From positions 64,978,001 to 65,042,000 of the forward strand of contig NC_087436.1 in assembly GCF_036321535.1 (NCBI RefSeq): a stretch of DNA of 64,000 nucleotides. Direction: 5' to 3'. This document shows, one piece after another, positions 26,736-39,665 of the stretch (its first letter is position 1; each line of letters begins with the position of its first letter). The notes below the pieces were generated by a model. It ran no database searches and was not told the origin of the DNA. It worked only from the letters and a program-made list of their open reading frames with translations. The DNA comes from Camelus dromedarius (lineage: Eukaryota). Both the position numbers and the translations under genes were made by a program.

Positions 26736-27118
26736 TACAAGGTTGCTGCTACATTTGAAATGCATGATTCTATTCAATTCTTTCTTTGGAAGATTTCAAA
26801 TGAAAAATTTTATAATTAATCTAATAATATATTTCATGTATTCACTTATTCAACACATGTTTATTAAACTCTAAAAGTGAAACAGGCATTTATTAGGTAC
26901 TGGGTGGGAGGAATACCGATCAAATTAGGATAGTTAATGAGCAACAACACCTTGTGCTGAAATCTGCTGGGCTTTGAAGTACAACAGAACAGAGTTCAAT
27001 CTGCGTGTTACAACAGCAAGCTCTATGACCTTCAGGACCATACTTAGGGATCATTTTTCCTCATTTTTCAGAGATTCTATCTCTAATATTGCTTCAAAGA
27101 TTGGCAATTAAAGTTTGT

Positions 27119-27563
27119 TGTTAAAAATTAATCAGTCAATCTAAGAAAGAAATGGAAAATTGTATTTAAGCCAAATTTGAGGATTATAACTCAGGAAGAG
27201 CATCCAAAAAAGTTCTGAGAACTGTCCTGTCTCTTAGAAGTCAAAGCATAGTTATGTAAGATTTTTGAGACAGAGGGCTGTGTATTAAATGATGTATTAT
27301 TGACAGTTTGCACAATCCAGATCTAAGCGTCATCATGGCCCCTTACCGGATCAAGAAGGAATGTTGTCTTTTAAGGAGTTGTCTTGATGCTAGGAGAATG
27401 TTGCTCTTATGGTTGAGCAGGTATTTCTGTGGATGGGGGAGGTTTGGTCAATGTATAGTGCAGATACACAGTGCACAGTGCAGGGAGAGAGGAGGCCAAA
27501 GGGCAGAGAAAATTTTTTGTTTAAATTTTTCTTTTCTTATCATAAAATAAATTTTATTTCACA
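27119..27563 (-). mobile_element. ERV (ERV1-like) solo LTR, 445 bp
   Basis: TG...CA termini; flanks tttgt (27114-27118) / cttgt (27564-27568) form a 5-bp TSD with one mismatch; 'aagccaaatttgaggattataac...ctgagaactg' resembles ERV1-class LTRs. Confidence 0.7.
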
Positions 27564-28224
27564 CTTGTCACTTAACTATTTAGATACTATCTCTAACCTC
27601 AATAAATAATAGTTGAATGAATGAGGAAGTGGTATGTTTTCTCATTGGGTCTAATAATGATATAGTTTGCTTAAAATTTAGTTTTCTAGAAAGATGAAAC
27701 AAAATTCATTTTAGAAAATATCACTTAAAAACCAATGATTAGAATTTAAATAAGGCTGTTAAAGTGTTCATGAACCTAAGACCCTTGAGTTGATACCGTC
27801 AGTGCTCCTTTTACTTTCTTATGAATTTTCTGTGCTGCATTATATTATAGCACTAGTTACATCCCTTTTGCTTTAATGATTTAGGCCAAAATAAAATGTA
27901 TGTATACTCACTTATTTTGTTTGAATAGCAGTCTAGGATCATCAAGTAAAATATTCTCACTTTAAAAGATTTAGATTAAGTATAGCTTCTCATACAAACT
28001 ATAATTAATGCACACAGGACATTTTATTGAAATAAAATTAAGTGTATATAATAATGACTATTAAAGTATCAATATATATGTGGCTTCTATTAATTTTCAC
28101 CTATATTTTACTGGCATACACACAGAAATATAGGGGAAAATTACATACAGCTAAAGAATTTGGAGCCTTATTGAATATAACCTAGAAATAGGATATTTTC
28201 TCAAATCACTTAAACAGTATTAAT

Positions 28225-28455
28225 AATAGAAATCAAAGTTAGTGTTTACTGAGCACCTATTATGTGTTAGACATTGTTCGAAGCACTCAATGTGTATTAA
28301 CTCTCTTAAACCATGGTATTATTGTTACTCCTGTTTTACAGAGAAGAAAACTGACACAAAGGTGTTCATTAACTTGCTTAAAGGTGTACAGCTATCAAGT
28401 GACAGATCTGGGATATCATCTAGGTACTCTGCTGTAGAATCCATGCTTTTAACTC
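28225..28455 (-). mobile_element. MIR SINE
   Basis: 'tttactgagcacctattatgtg...ttttacagagaagaaaactgac...aacttgcttaaaggt'. Confidence 0.8.
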
Positions 28456-28857
28456 TCACATACATTACTTTGAGGAGGTGAGATTTACATTAGTCAATCA
28501 TTAAAAAATGCTAATGGCTTAGTTCTGAAATGTTTAGAGATTCTGTGAAATAAGAAAATCAATAATATTTTGAGTAAATATTGGTGTTTACTTTAAGAAG
28601 AAGGATCTTCCTAGAAACCAGAAAACAGATGATGCTTTGAATAGGCAATACATTTAAAAAAAAAAAAGAGGTTTGCTTTGAGCAGGGCAAAGGGTATAAG
28701 ATACTAGTATAGGAATGAGCTTGTAGTATGTAAGAGACATTAAGGACATGAATGTAAATAGTCTCAGAAAAAAAAATTTTAATCTCTATTGCCATTCCTT
28801 TTCTTTGCTGTCTCCACGCTTCCCTATTCCCTTCAGAGCCTCTTCTCAGTTAAACTA

Positions 28858-29475
28858 TGTGACAGGCTTAATAATCACTCCCCAAAGATGCCCACATCCT
28901 TGTCTCTGGAACCTTTGAGTAGGTTATGTTTAATGGCGAAAGAAACTTTGCAAACGTAATTTAAATTATGCTTTTCAGAATAGGCAAATGGTCTTGGATT
29001 ATCTGAGTGGTCCCAATCTTATCACATGAGCTCCTGGGGACAGAAAACTTTATCTGGCTGGAATCAGGGAGATGCAATAGCAACATTAGGCAGACAGGAT
29101 GCAGTACAAGGGGAAATCTGAGAGATGCCTAGCCTGAGAGGGACTCAGTATGCTGTTGCTGGTTCTGAGACGTGGGGGTCCCTTTAGTGAGGATGAGAGG
29201 CTCCTAGGAGTGCAGGTGTACCTGGCTGACAGCAAGTGAAGAAAGGGAATTAATCCTACAACTTTATGGAACTGAAACGCCAATGATGTGAATGAGCTTA
29301 GACTGGTTTCTTTCCCAGAGCCTGAGTAAGGAGTGCAGCCTTATAGACACTTGACTTTTCATCCAGTGAGACCCATCTCAGGTTTCTGACCTACAGAAAC
29401 TATGAGGAAATAATTGTGTGTTGTAAACCACCAAGTTTGTGGTAATCTGTTAAAGCAGTAACAGAAAACTAATAG
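28858..29475 (+). mobile_element. MaLR solo LTR (MLT1E-like), near complete
   Basis: 'tgtgacaggcttaataat...ccccaaagatgcccacatcct...ttggattatctgagtggtcccaatc...ccaagtttgtggtaatctgtt...cagaaaactaatag'. Confidence 0.85.
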
Positions 29476-29765
29476 AGATGATGGGTAAAAGATTGTATTT
29501 GGAGTATCGGGGAGGCAAGGGTGAGTAGTTGTAAAATTTCCATCACTTTTCCTTACTCCCAACTTCAAATCCTGACAATAATGAGAATATATACAACTAC
29601 TCCCCAAATCCTTTTCTCATATTACTCATGAGCCTGATACTAAAAATTTTACACTTCTATTTTTTCTGTCTAGATTTTTTTAACTAAAAGAGTTATCGTT
29701 CCTTCAAGTGCTTTAAAAATGATAAATTAAATTGATACTCTACACAATTTTCTCTCTCTCCACAG

Positions 29766-29920
29766 CAGAAGTTTTCATTTATCTAGGATATTTTTATCCT
29801 AGTCAATACTTAAAGAAAAACAGGAGGACAAGAATTTTGCTTACTTTGAGACTTTTATGAGATTAGATCCATTATGGATTTGTATAGGGAGGGAAGAGAG
29901 AAAACAGCTTTTTCCTGCCG
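29766..29920 (+). pseudogene. Candidate exon 3 (155 nt; in-frame TAG at 29800-29802, probable 1-nt deletion)
   Basis: Strong acceptor ttttctctctctccacag and strong donor CCG|gtatgt; alternative acceptor ttttatcctag at 29802. Confidence 0.5.
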
Positions 29921-31150
29921 GTATGTTGGAATAAAAAAAGAAAAGATTTATTTGTCACAAGAAGGATACTGGTAACTCACGTTAGTTGCGGTTTCTAAAA
30001 TACGAGGCCATTTTTCTTGCCAAGGGAAAGGATTCAAGAATTGAATATGCTTTTCCTTTTGATGTGTTTTTGTGCTACTTTTCATATTCCAGTCTTTTCC
30101 GTGGTCTACTGCCCTCATGTGGATCTGTTTGTGAGGATTGACAACTGCTTAGTTATAGACAATACTTACGTAAATACTCCATCTTTTTTCTTTTTAACCG
30201 TTAATCTGTTTAGTTTGTAGTTATGAGCATGAAAACAATTTTTGAATAGTTACTTTTTAACCTCAGAGATGCAAATTTTATCTAAAAGAAGTATTCTATT
30301 CTAAACAAAGTTTTATCAGAAATTTAGGAAACTAACAAGCAAACTTACTGAGCTTAGGGCAGAGGGTATATTTTCTTTCCTTGCTTTAATTTAAATTCAA
30401 GATTTTTGTTGATTATTTATATTTGTCATTGTTTTTGCATTGAAATAACTAAAGCTATGTTGAATAGAAATGTCTTTTTTTTGGTGATCATACTTCTAAC
30501 ATGACTTGACGTCAAGAGGGATGACCATAGAATCTAAAGTGCTACAGTCTTGACCTTAAGTAAAAACAGTTATAGGGATTGTTAGGTTGAGCTGAATTCT
30601 AATGATTTAGGTTATGTTTATCTAATTTCTTTGGAGAAAAACTGTCATGTTTTAATGTATTTTATATCATGTTGATTCCAGAACTTAGACCATTGATTAT
30701 CTCAGTGTATAAAGGAGAAAAAAGTATAAATAAATAACGTATTATTCTGTTTAATTGTTCTATTGTCAGGACAAATTGTTTAGACTTTCCCCGCCCTAAC
30801 TGGAGCTAGTGCTTCCTTGTTTTGACTCCATGGTTCAGGCTATTAGAAACCAAGCACTTTGCCCCACACAGATACTAAATAGTTATGATTTGGGTTTTTA
30901 GATTTTTAAAGTGTTTTTTAACACTGTTAATCTGGTTATAAGTATAATACATCACCCTTCTAAAATGTTTGGGGAAAATTTTATGAAGAAGGCAATAAAA
31001 AGATCTATGACTTTACTATGAAAATACTAACATTTTGGGCAATGTTTATTTTAAGACTTTATTAGGCATATGTAGTGAGATAACATTGGAAAGAAAATTG
31101 ATACTTTTTTTTTTTTTTATGATTTTCTTATCACAAAATCTTCTTCTTAG

Positions 31151-31288
31151 TTTGACCCAAGACATTTCACTTGGGGGAACTATATGGATTGTTACAGAAG
31201 ATATACAGAAAAAGGAAGAATGATAATAAACTTTTGACATTCAAAATAAGATTTTCCAGAAAGTCTTCAAAGCCAGTCTTCATAAAAA
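31151..31288 (+). pseudogene. Candidate exon 4 (138 nt, phase 2-2, internal stops at 31221-31229)
   Basis: Acceptor atcttcttcttag, donor AAA|gtaaca; an alternative frame ELYGLLQKIYRKRKNDNK bypasses TGA TAA TAA. Confidence 0.4.
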
Positions 31289-31617
31289 GTAACAATTTTT
31301 TTCTAAATTTATTTTAGCTCATGTTTAACCTATCAAGGGGCAGACTGTAGAGTTTCTAATAATTGAGAGGAAATACTCTATCTTCCATTAAGACTTAAGA
31401 TGTTAGAATTGGGGAGAATTTGGGAATGTGACCAAGGAAATGTGGAGACATGAAAAGGACATGGAAGAAAGCAAAAGAGAAAAATAACTGAATTGGTTAG
31501 AATCTAAGGATAATTGTGTCCCCTTATTTCCGGGTCCCCAGTTCAAGCCAAGGGCGAAACCCAAAATGGGTCAGACCAGAGAGTAGGAGGGAAAGGGAAG
31601 GCATTGATTTAAAACTA

Positions 31618-32596
31618 CAGTCAACCCTTGAACAATGCCAGAGATAGGGGCCTACCCCCACACATTCAAAAATCCACATATTATGTTTGACTTTCCAAAA
31701 CTTAACTACCGCCTACTGCTGACTGGAAGCACTATCGATAACATGAATAGTTGGTTATCATATATTTTTTGTTAAATGTATTATTACAATAAAATAAGCT
31801 AGAGAAAAGAAAATGATACTAAGAAAACTGGAAGGAGAACATACCTTTACAGGCCTGTACTGTACTAGTTGATACTGTGGATTTCTGTTGTCTGTTTACA
31901 GATGAATCCTCTGCCAGTACCTGCATCAACTATGTCTCATGATACAGAACACTGTAGATGCTGGATATGTTATTAGCAGTTGACATCAAAAATGAAAAGA
32001 TAATGTGAACAAATTCACTTTTATTTACAGGTATATGATTCATGCATTAATAATGAAGAAGCAACAATATGATTGCTTTATGGTAACTTAGTGTAATCGA
32101 CACAATTGTTTCATGATAACCCAGCCTATAGACTAATGAATGAATCATTGTAAAATTTTTATGGCATACATTATTCTAGTCATATTCATAGTACAGCGTT
32201 GGAAACACTGCTACATTAAAAAAAGTACTTGTGATGATAGGCTGATACTCAGATTCTCCAATTATGAAAGAGAGAGAGAGAGACATACTGTATAGTGATA
32301 TATACTTCTTTGAAAGCAAAGTTCAAAACAGTAAGAAACTAACACATTATTTTAATATTACATATCACTCACCTTATGCCTATGACAGGATAGACTAGTT
32401 CTACATGCATTTTATGCATTCATGCCATACCTACGTTTTTCTTATTTTTTTCTTTATTTCTAGGCTATGCACAATTCATGTGAGTTTTTGCAAATTGTCA
32501 GAACTTTCCAGAAAAATTTCCAATACATTTATTTAAAAAAACCCACACGTAAATGAATCTGTGAGGTTGAAACCCATATTGTTCAAGAGTCAACTA
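31618..32596 (-). mobile_element. Tigger2-family non-autonomous DNA transposon (~980 bp)
   Basis: TIRs cagtcaacccttgaacaa / ttgttcaagagtcaacta; TA duplication at 31616-31617 and 32597-32598. Confidence 0.9.
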
Positions 32597-32599
32597 TAA

Positions 32600-33230
32600 T
32601 ACAAAGTTGAGGGCAGAATGGAATTGAACTAAAATGGGGTGGTCATTTAAGGGGACAGACCTGTGAGCTTAGGCAGAGAGAAGGAGAGGGAATGTATTTG
32701 ATGCGTAAGATTCATTTGGTTTCTATATGGTACCATGCTGAATTGAGTTCCACTGTGCCAACAGGGCCAGACCATTGTAGGGATGGACTGGACTTATATA
32801 TAGCGGAGGCTTCAGGTGGGTCAGAAGGTGGAAGGAAATTGTAGTATAGCTTCAAAAATTATTTTAGCCAGTGAGAGTTATGTGGAGGCCATGCCAGTAG
32901 GAAGGGCTACTGAGAGAGGACTGAAAGGGTGAAAGGGTCTTGAGTTGAGTTGAGTTGTCTGCTGACTTTAACCTTAAATGGCAACTGGAAGAGCCAGGCA
33001 GACAAGGGGGTGTTGCTGTAGAGCTCAGAGCAGCCACTGGCCCTCTTGCTGATGTCAGAACAGCCACTGGCCCTCTTGCTGATGCAATAACCTGCTTCTT
33101 GTATCCAACAAGTTCCCTGAGCTTTTTGCCCACATTGATCCTAAACATTATCTTGAATAGGAGCAGAAATTTGGTGAGAAACGGAAATAAGAGAAACTGA
33201 ATCCTTATCTCAAAAGACAGACTCACTACA
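32600..33230 (+). mobile_element. Ancient LTR-like sequence (MamGypLTR-like), possibly starting ~31516 and split by the Tigger2
   Basis: 'gagctttttgcccacattgatcctaaacattatcttgaataggagcagaaatttgg...ggaaataa' resembles the recalled Gypsy-type LTR consensus; weak. Confidence 0.3.
33025..33084. repeat. 30-bp tandem duplication
   Basis: tcaga(g/a)cagccactggccctcttgctgatg x2. Confidence 0.95.
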
Positions 33231-33569
33231 TTTTAAAAATACTTGGTTTGACTAAGGATTAAGTCAGAGTTAAGTAAATAAAGTTCTCCCTGCTACCTTA
33301 AGGATAGGGACTTGGGAAGAAGATCACATTCATTACCAAAGACTTATAGTATTTCTGATCACTTAAATTTTAGTATAAGTACATTTTAAGCCCATTACAC
33401 AGCCAGGTTTAAAACACGTGCATAAATATAGATCTATTGAAATGTAATTATTTAAGTATATATGTGAATGCACACACAGACACATGCATACAAAGGGTAT
33501 TCTGCTATTCTAGTATTATAACATAGTTATTTTCTCCTTCAAGAATTGTTCCAAATTCTGCATTTAAAA

Positions 33570-34150
33570 GCATTATGTTTATATTGTGAAATATAACATA
33601 AATAATTATAAAACAAATAATTATGGAACAAATTCACACTTCAGAAGCCTACTATATATTCCTTCCCAGTCATAATCGTCTCCCTACTCCAAGAAGTCTT
33701 TATTAACATGCTTATTCTCTTACTGCTGTATACACTTTACCACCTATATGTATTTCCCTAAACCATATGGTATAGCTTTGCTTTTTGGGATCTTTACATA
33801 ATGAAATCATACTATAAGTATGATTTCATATCCCACTTTTTAAACCCAACTATGTCTTAAATATGTAATCCATTCTATGCATGAAGCTTGTTAGTATTTT
33901 TATAGGTACCCAGTAATGTCATGTGACTAGATTACAAATGTTTTATTCACTCTATTGTAGATAACATGTGGGTTGTTTTTAGTACTTTACTGTCACAAAC
34001 CACACTGCTCTGGTAATTCTTGTACATACGTATTTATTATGCAGAACTGTGAATTTCTCTAGAGTATATAACATGGGTAGAATTGCTGTATCACAGAGAA
34101 TGCGTATTTTCCACTTAATTAGAAATGCCGAACTATTTTCCAGGTGGATT
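33570..34150 (-). mobile_element. Ancient L1 (L1ME-like) 3' fragment
   Basis: 'ttcactctattgtagataacatgtgggttgtttt...aatttctctagagtatata...gtagaattgctg'. Confidence 0.7.
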
Positions 34151-37100
34151 AGACAAACCGAATCATGCTCAGTCGTCCTTGGAAATTTTTCACTTGAATG
34201 AATTCTCTATTCAAGTTTGTGGTTTGTGTGTCCGTTTTTTTTTTTTAGCTTGGAATGTATATTTTCCTTTTATGATTATGTAAAATGAATTTCTTTGTGT
34301 ACTTTACATACTGTGTCAAAGTTTCTATTTAGTCTCCTATAATCAATTCTTAGATTTGAAATTATTTTGATCAATAATTGATAATTTTTGTAGTTCTTGA
34401 TATAATTTTTATGCTTAAATACACTATTATTGGGACAGTTTGCATATATCTTTATTCCTTGGTCACTTTGTGAAGTATAGTGCTGTTACTGAAAGTCAAT
34501 TGTACAAGGACACTGAAAAAGAGATTTGGCAGAATCAAGTATACTACTTACATCTTTTCTTATGTGTATCAGCTATTTCTTATAAACGGGTGTTTCCTAG
34601 TTTCCTAGAATAGTAGAAATGCTTTTCCTACTCAAGTTTTTTTCTTTCATTAGGACCTTGGAATTATGTTATTGAAAACACTTTTTATAAAAGCATTCAT
34701 GGTTTCTGGGAATGTCTTTTGTTCAAGAAAAAAGTCTCAATGTAAAAACTTCTGAGCATCTAATTCTGAAGTATGAAAGAGTCATGCATTTTTGTTACCA
34801 CTAGAGCCAAGCAAAGCAATATATGTAAAATATATTTGTATAAATAATCACAGCATTTCTAGGTGAATTTTTAGGGCTGCCAAGTATACCTGGAAAAAAA
34901 AATGAAAGCTCAAATATTTCTAAAAACGTCCTCAAATATATATTAAACCTGCAATTGTTCCATGTTGATTTAAAATGGCATTGGCTATTGTTAAACATAC
35001 TTAAATGACTTTTTAATATCCACATATTTTCTATGAAATTCCCTGATTTTATTTCAAAATACATTTTGTTTTGGGTGCACACTTAATTTTAAAGAGTTAA
35101 CCACTCAGAGAAGTAAGTTGTGACTCCAGGAAAACCATGCTGGGGATTAACCTCCAAGGGGAAGGTACATCTACTGAGACTGTACAAGACAGAACTGCAC
35201 TAATGCCAGTCTATTTTTATTTGGATTGAATTGCCTACAACTGGAGCTAAGTTAACCAGAGCCCTCAATTTCTTTTTTTCCTTTTAGAAGTGGCCTGACT
35301 GATTTGATTTCAAGTCTCCTGGGGTTTTAAGAAACCAAATCCTCCTCCATTAAAACTGCATGGTGTTTATGACCACCACAGGGATGGTTTAAAAAACAAT
35401 GAAAAAAGTTGACTTATGAAAAATAAAGCTGGTTAATTACAGCAAATGGGCTTAATTTATAAACCACAGGTGCCTCTTTTATAAGCTTTTGTTGAGCTCT
35501 TGCCCGTAGCATGTTTATATGACATGGATGGAGCTGAAATCTTTGCCGTGGCCAGCTTTAAATGGGAAACATTTGGTTCACCTCTGTTTATGGTTCAGAC
35601 CATGTGTGATGTCATAGGAATGATAAAACCTATGAAAGCTTGTATCTGGCTTGAGGAATATTGCATCTGCTTCATTATTTATGGAATTTAAGTAAAAAGA
35701 TATCAATTAATGCCCCAGCAGAGAACCTATTTGCTGTATATTTTAGTTTAAGTAGAAATATATGAGATCTCCTCTATAGTTCATGTTATTTTACTTTTAG
35801 AAATCTGTGATTTCAGAAGCATGAAGCTATGATTAGTAAAAATATTTTTTGGCTAAAATAACTTTAATTACAGTGAATACCATAAGCTTATCAATAAGAT
35901 GGTGTGATGTTATATTTTAGGGCCTAAAATGTTTCCTCAAGTATATGTATACATATTTCACTCTTACATTTGTTTGCAAGTTAACTTTATTTAATTTGTT
36001 TATTTTAGGGATGTTCATCTCTTACAAGTGTAATATACTCTATTTAGAAGACCTTGTAATCTAAGAAGGAATGAGAATTTCTGTTTTTCTCTTTGCCTGA
36101 CTCCTGACACATATATTTTCTTGATATATTTTTCATAGATGCGATAAGCTTTCAAATCTCCTTACTCTAGGTGCTTAGAGTTTATGCTAGTTCCTTGGGG
36201 TCCTTGTGTTTCTAAATCAAGCTGGCATCTAATCTCTTCTTGTCCTTGAGTAGTTAGAACGTCTGGGATGTAATCAGATTTAGAATAGAATCACTTAGGA
36301 TCAAGGAGGAAGCCAATGAACCCCTCAGACTGCCATGTTGAAAGTAACCCAAAGCAGCAGAGAGAACAGCAGAGCATATGTATTAAATGTTGCTTTTTAA
36401 TACAATGTTACATTATAAACAAATCACCTAAATTCACTAAGTAACACCATTTCAGGTACCATATTGAACCTGTGCAAAGGTTATAATGAACATATATAAT
36501 TATAGGTCTGCATCAGTAGTACACTTTTTGTATTTATCAGGAAAAAATCTGAGCAAGCTATTTCAGTTTGATTATCTTTTATATTAGTTTTATGGTTATG
36601 TTTGGAAAGCATATGTTATGTCACAAAATGAGACCCTCAGGTTCTTCATCTGTTAAATCAAGCTGACAAATCCTCTCTTGCAGAGTTCTTGGTGGAATTG
36701 CAGGAACTCAGTAAATAGTAGAATTATGTTGTCATTGTTAGACCATTTTTTACCTGAAAATCTCACTGTTTTGTAAAACTATTTTCTTTATTGAAAATTA
36801 CTAATGACATGAGCTTTGAGATTTATTGTCATGTGCCAGTCAAGCATGTGCATTTATCAATAGCAATTACTATAACCCAGATTTTACTATATTTTAAGCA
36901 AAATTCTGCAAAACTTTATTTCCATCAAAAGATATTTCCACTCTCATCATTATTTATATTTTTAAAAGTGCAATCCTGATTATTGAAGAAAGAGAAAAAT
37001 GGAATTTCCCCATTATCACAATTAATCATTGTCTTAACAGCAGATAATTTATTTAGCACCTGTTAACTGCAAATGCTATTCTACACATAGTAAACCCATT

Positions 37101-37430
37101 ATTACTAACCCTTACAGCATAAATATTATATCTTTTTTGATATGATAAAAGTGAGAGTTGAGGAGGTTATGTAATCTGTCCAAGAGACCAAAACATAAAC
37201 TGAAAACAGGTTTGTCTGACTTCCTGCTTTCCCAGTTTTTCTAGAAATGCGGTCATTATCTTTCACTGAGGTTGGCTCAACTAGACAATTAATATGTATA
37301 GACTTCTAAGCCTAGTTCCAGATTACATGCACCTGGAAAGTTTAACTAGAAGTAACTTAATATTGATTAATCTGTTCTGTGCTACTGTTGCTACAAGAAT
37401 ATTCAATTGACTCAGTTTTCCTTCTCTTAG

Positions 37431-37537
37431 GATTTTGCTGACAACAGTAGAGCTTAAATGCTTTGCTCAGCAACAACAAATTTTTCCAGCCATAGCTATA
37501 TAAGATATATTGATATTTCTGAATTCTCCTTTAAAGA
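37431..37537 (+). pseudogene. Candidate exon 5 (107 nt, probable 1-nt deletion)
   Basis: Acceptor gttttccttctcttag, donor AGA|gtaaga; reads ILLTTVELKCFAQQQQ then, after a shift, SSHSYIRYIDISEFSFK. Confidence 0.5.
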
Positions 37538-37859
37538 GTAAGACTGTAGAAAATTGAGCTACACAAACACTATAGCAGAGCTAAGACTTTAAATATAAAT
37601 ACATATATATATATGTATATATATAAAATGAGACTGGTATTTGATATTTCATTTGCCACAGAATTATAGAACTTTAGAAGTCAAAGGGTCACCATAAATT
37701 AGCTCAAACTCAAAACAATCCCAGAGAATTTGCAAAGCACTAGGGCTGGAATACAGGTCTTACACACGTAAATGGTGTCCACCTAGGAAGTTGAGAGAAA
37801 TGTCTGAATGTGTGAAAATTCAGGATGAATTTAAGTTCTTTTTTTTTTTTTTTTTTAGT

Positions 37860-39030
37860 ACTTATAAAATACCTTCCATGAGTCAGGTGTTGTTTCAGGC
37901 ACTGGAAGCCCAGTGGTGAAGAAAATAGGTAAAGTCCCTGCCCTTATGCAGCTTATTCTTTAGTGGAAGAGAAAACAATGCGAAAGTCAGAGAATAAATA
38001 AATAAAAATATGTTTCAGGTTTTGATAAGTCCAGTGATGAAGAAGAGGGCTGGAGACTGAGGTGTATACGTGTGTGTGTGGAATACATTACGGAAGACCC
38101 ACCCAGAGGATATGATATGTACCTGAGACCTCTGTGAAAAAATAATATTTGAGATTCGAATAATAACAACAAGCACGCTATGTGAAAATCTGGTATTAGA
38201 GTGTTTCAGAAAATGCAAAAGCCCTGAGGTCTGTAAAAGTTTGGAAAGTTTGAGTAAATCGAATTAAGACCAGTAGGTTAAAAGATAGTGAAGAATGGGG
38301 CTTAAAAATTTTCTACACAGAAGAAATCTGAGGAGTAAGTCTGTTTTGAAGTAGAGACTTGGAGGTTGTCATGAGCATTCCAAGGACATTGTTTTTACTT
38401 TGACTACAGATTTCTTTGGGACAACTTGGGAAAGTCAGATGGACATTACAGGGATCTTAAAGCCCCGACTTTGACATTCACAAGCTACCCCCTGGTGTCT
38501 GTGTGAGGGTGCTGCAGACAGAGGTCAGATCACGTATGTCTGATCAGATCATGTGCGTGTTAGGTAGTTTAAATGGGTTCTAAGTGTAGTCTTAAGTGAT
38601 TCGATTTCTATATTTTCAAGGATTAGTCTAACTTCTCTGTAAAGAATTTGAGGGGAAATCTTTCTGTTAAGAGATCAGTTTTCTATGATTTATTCAATCA
38701 TTTATTCAACATCGAGTTCCTACTATGGGCCAAGCACTCTTCTAGGCACTGAGGAAATAGCAGTGAATACTACAAAGTGAAGGCAAGAATATAAAGTAAG
38801 TAAACACAAAAATCAGGTGGTGATAAGTGCTTCATTCCAAACATAAAGCGGGATGATAAGACACAAAGTGGTGGGTCTTGCTAACCTACACAAGTGATTG
38901 GGCCGAGAATTTTCTAATTATATGGCATTTGAGCACAAACTAAAAGGCAATAAGGGAGTAAGTAAGTAAATATTTATCAGAGGGACATTTCAGGCAGAGG
39001 GCTACTGACAGTACAAATGCAGTGAGTCAG
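37860..39030 (-). mobile_element. Two L2 3'-end fragments (37860-38330, 38690-39030)
   Basis: 'tcaggcactggaagcccagtggtgaagaaaataggtaaagtccctgccctt' and 'attcaacatcgagttcctactatgggccaagcactcttctaggcactgagg'. Confidence 0.75.
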
Positions 39031-39467
39031 GTGTAATCTTTATATATTTTTTCTTCTTTGATTTTGCTGGAAAATATGAAAGTAGAGTTAGAATTTTGGC
39101 TTTCTTTTCCTGGCATATCTATTGATTAAATATATAAACCTACATTTATGTATTAATAATTACATCTGTAATATAAATTAAAACCATATTGCAAAATCTT
39201 TAGTCACTATATATTACAGCATCTAGTATTCTTTGAAAAGACACTACCATTCAAAAAGTGGAAGAATGAGAAACCTACAGCAGTAATTCCCAAATCCCAA
39301 GGGGTAAATACTATGCTGTGCCTCTACCCTGGAGATAGGAAATATTCCTTGTTTAGGACACAGTTCTGCATCTGCTCCAGCTCTCCAGTCCATTGTTTTC
39401 CATGGCTCTTAGTTTTTCCTTCTGGGAATTCTTCCCTTTTCTGTTATTGCCCTTGGACTCATCTAAG

Positions 39468-39553
39468 GAGTTTACTAAAGAATATGCCCTCTTTAAAGGC
39501 TGAAAAATATCCTGCCCATAAATGTGTGAGGTTTCAAACTTCTTCTTCAAAGA
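39468..39553 (+). pseudogene. Candidate exon 6 (86 nt, probable 1-nt deletion)
   Basis: Acceptor ggactcatctaag after a pyrimidine tract, donor AGA|gtaaat; reads SLLKNMPSLKAEKYPAHKCV then, after a shift, EVSNFFFK. Confidence 0.4.
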
Positions 39554-39665
39554 GTAAATATTTGACAGTAATAATTGAGTTTTGCCATATTGGATGATAA
39601 ATGACATTATGGTTTTATTATTCATACATTAATTTGTGATTTGTGATTTTCTGATTTTATTACAG

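Noticed and set aside
27214..27222. STAT (GAS) motif TTCTGAGAA in the solo LTR
   Set aside because: A single 9-bp motif is expected by chance, and I could not assign the LTR to a MER41-like family.
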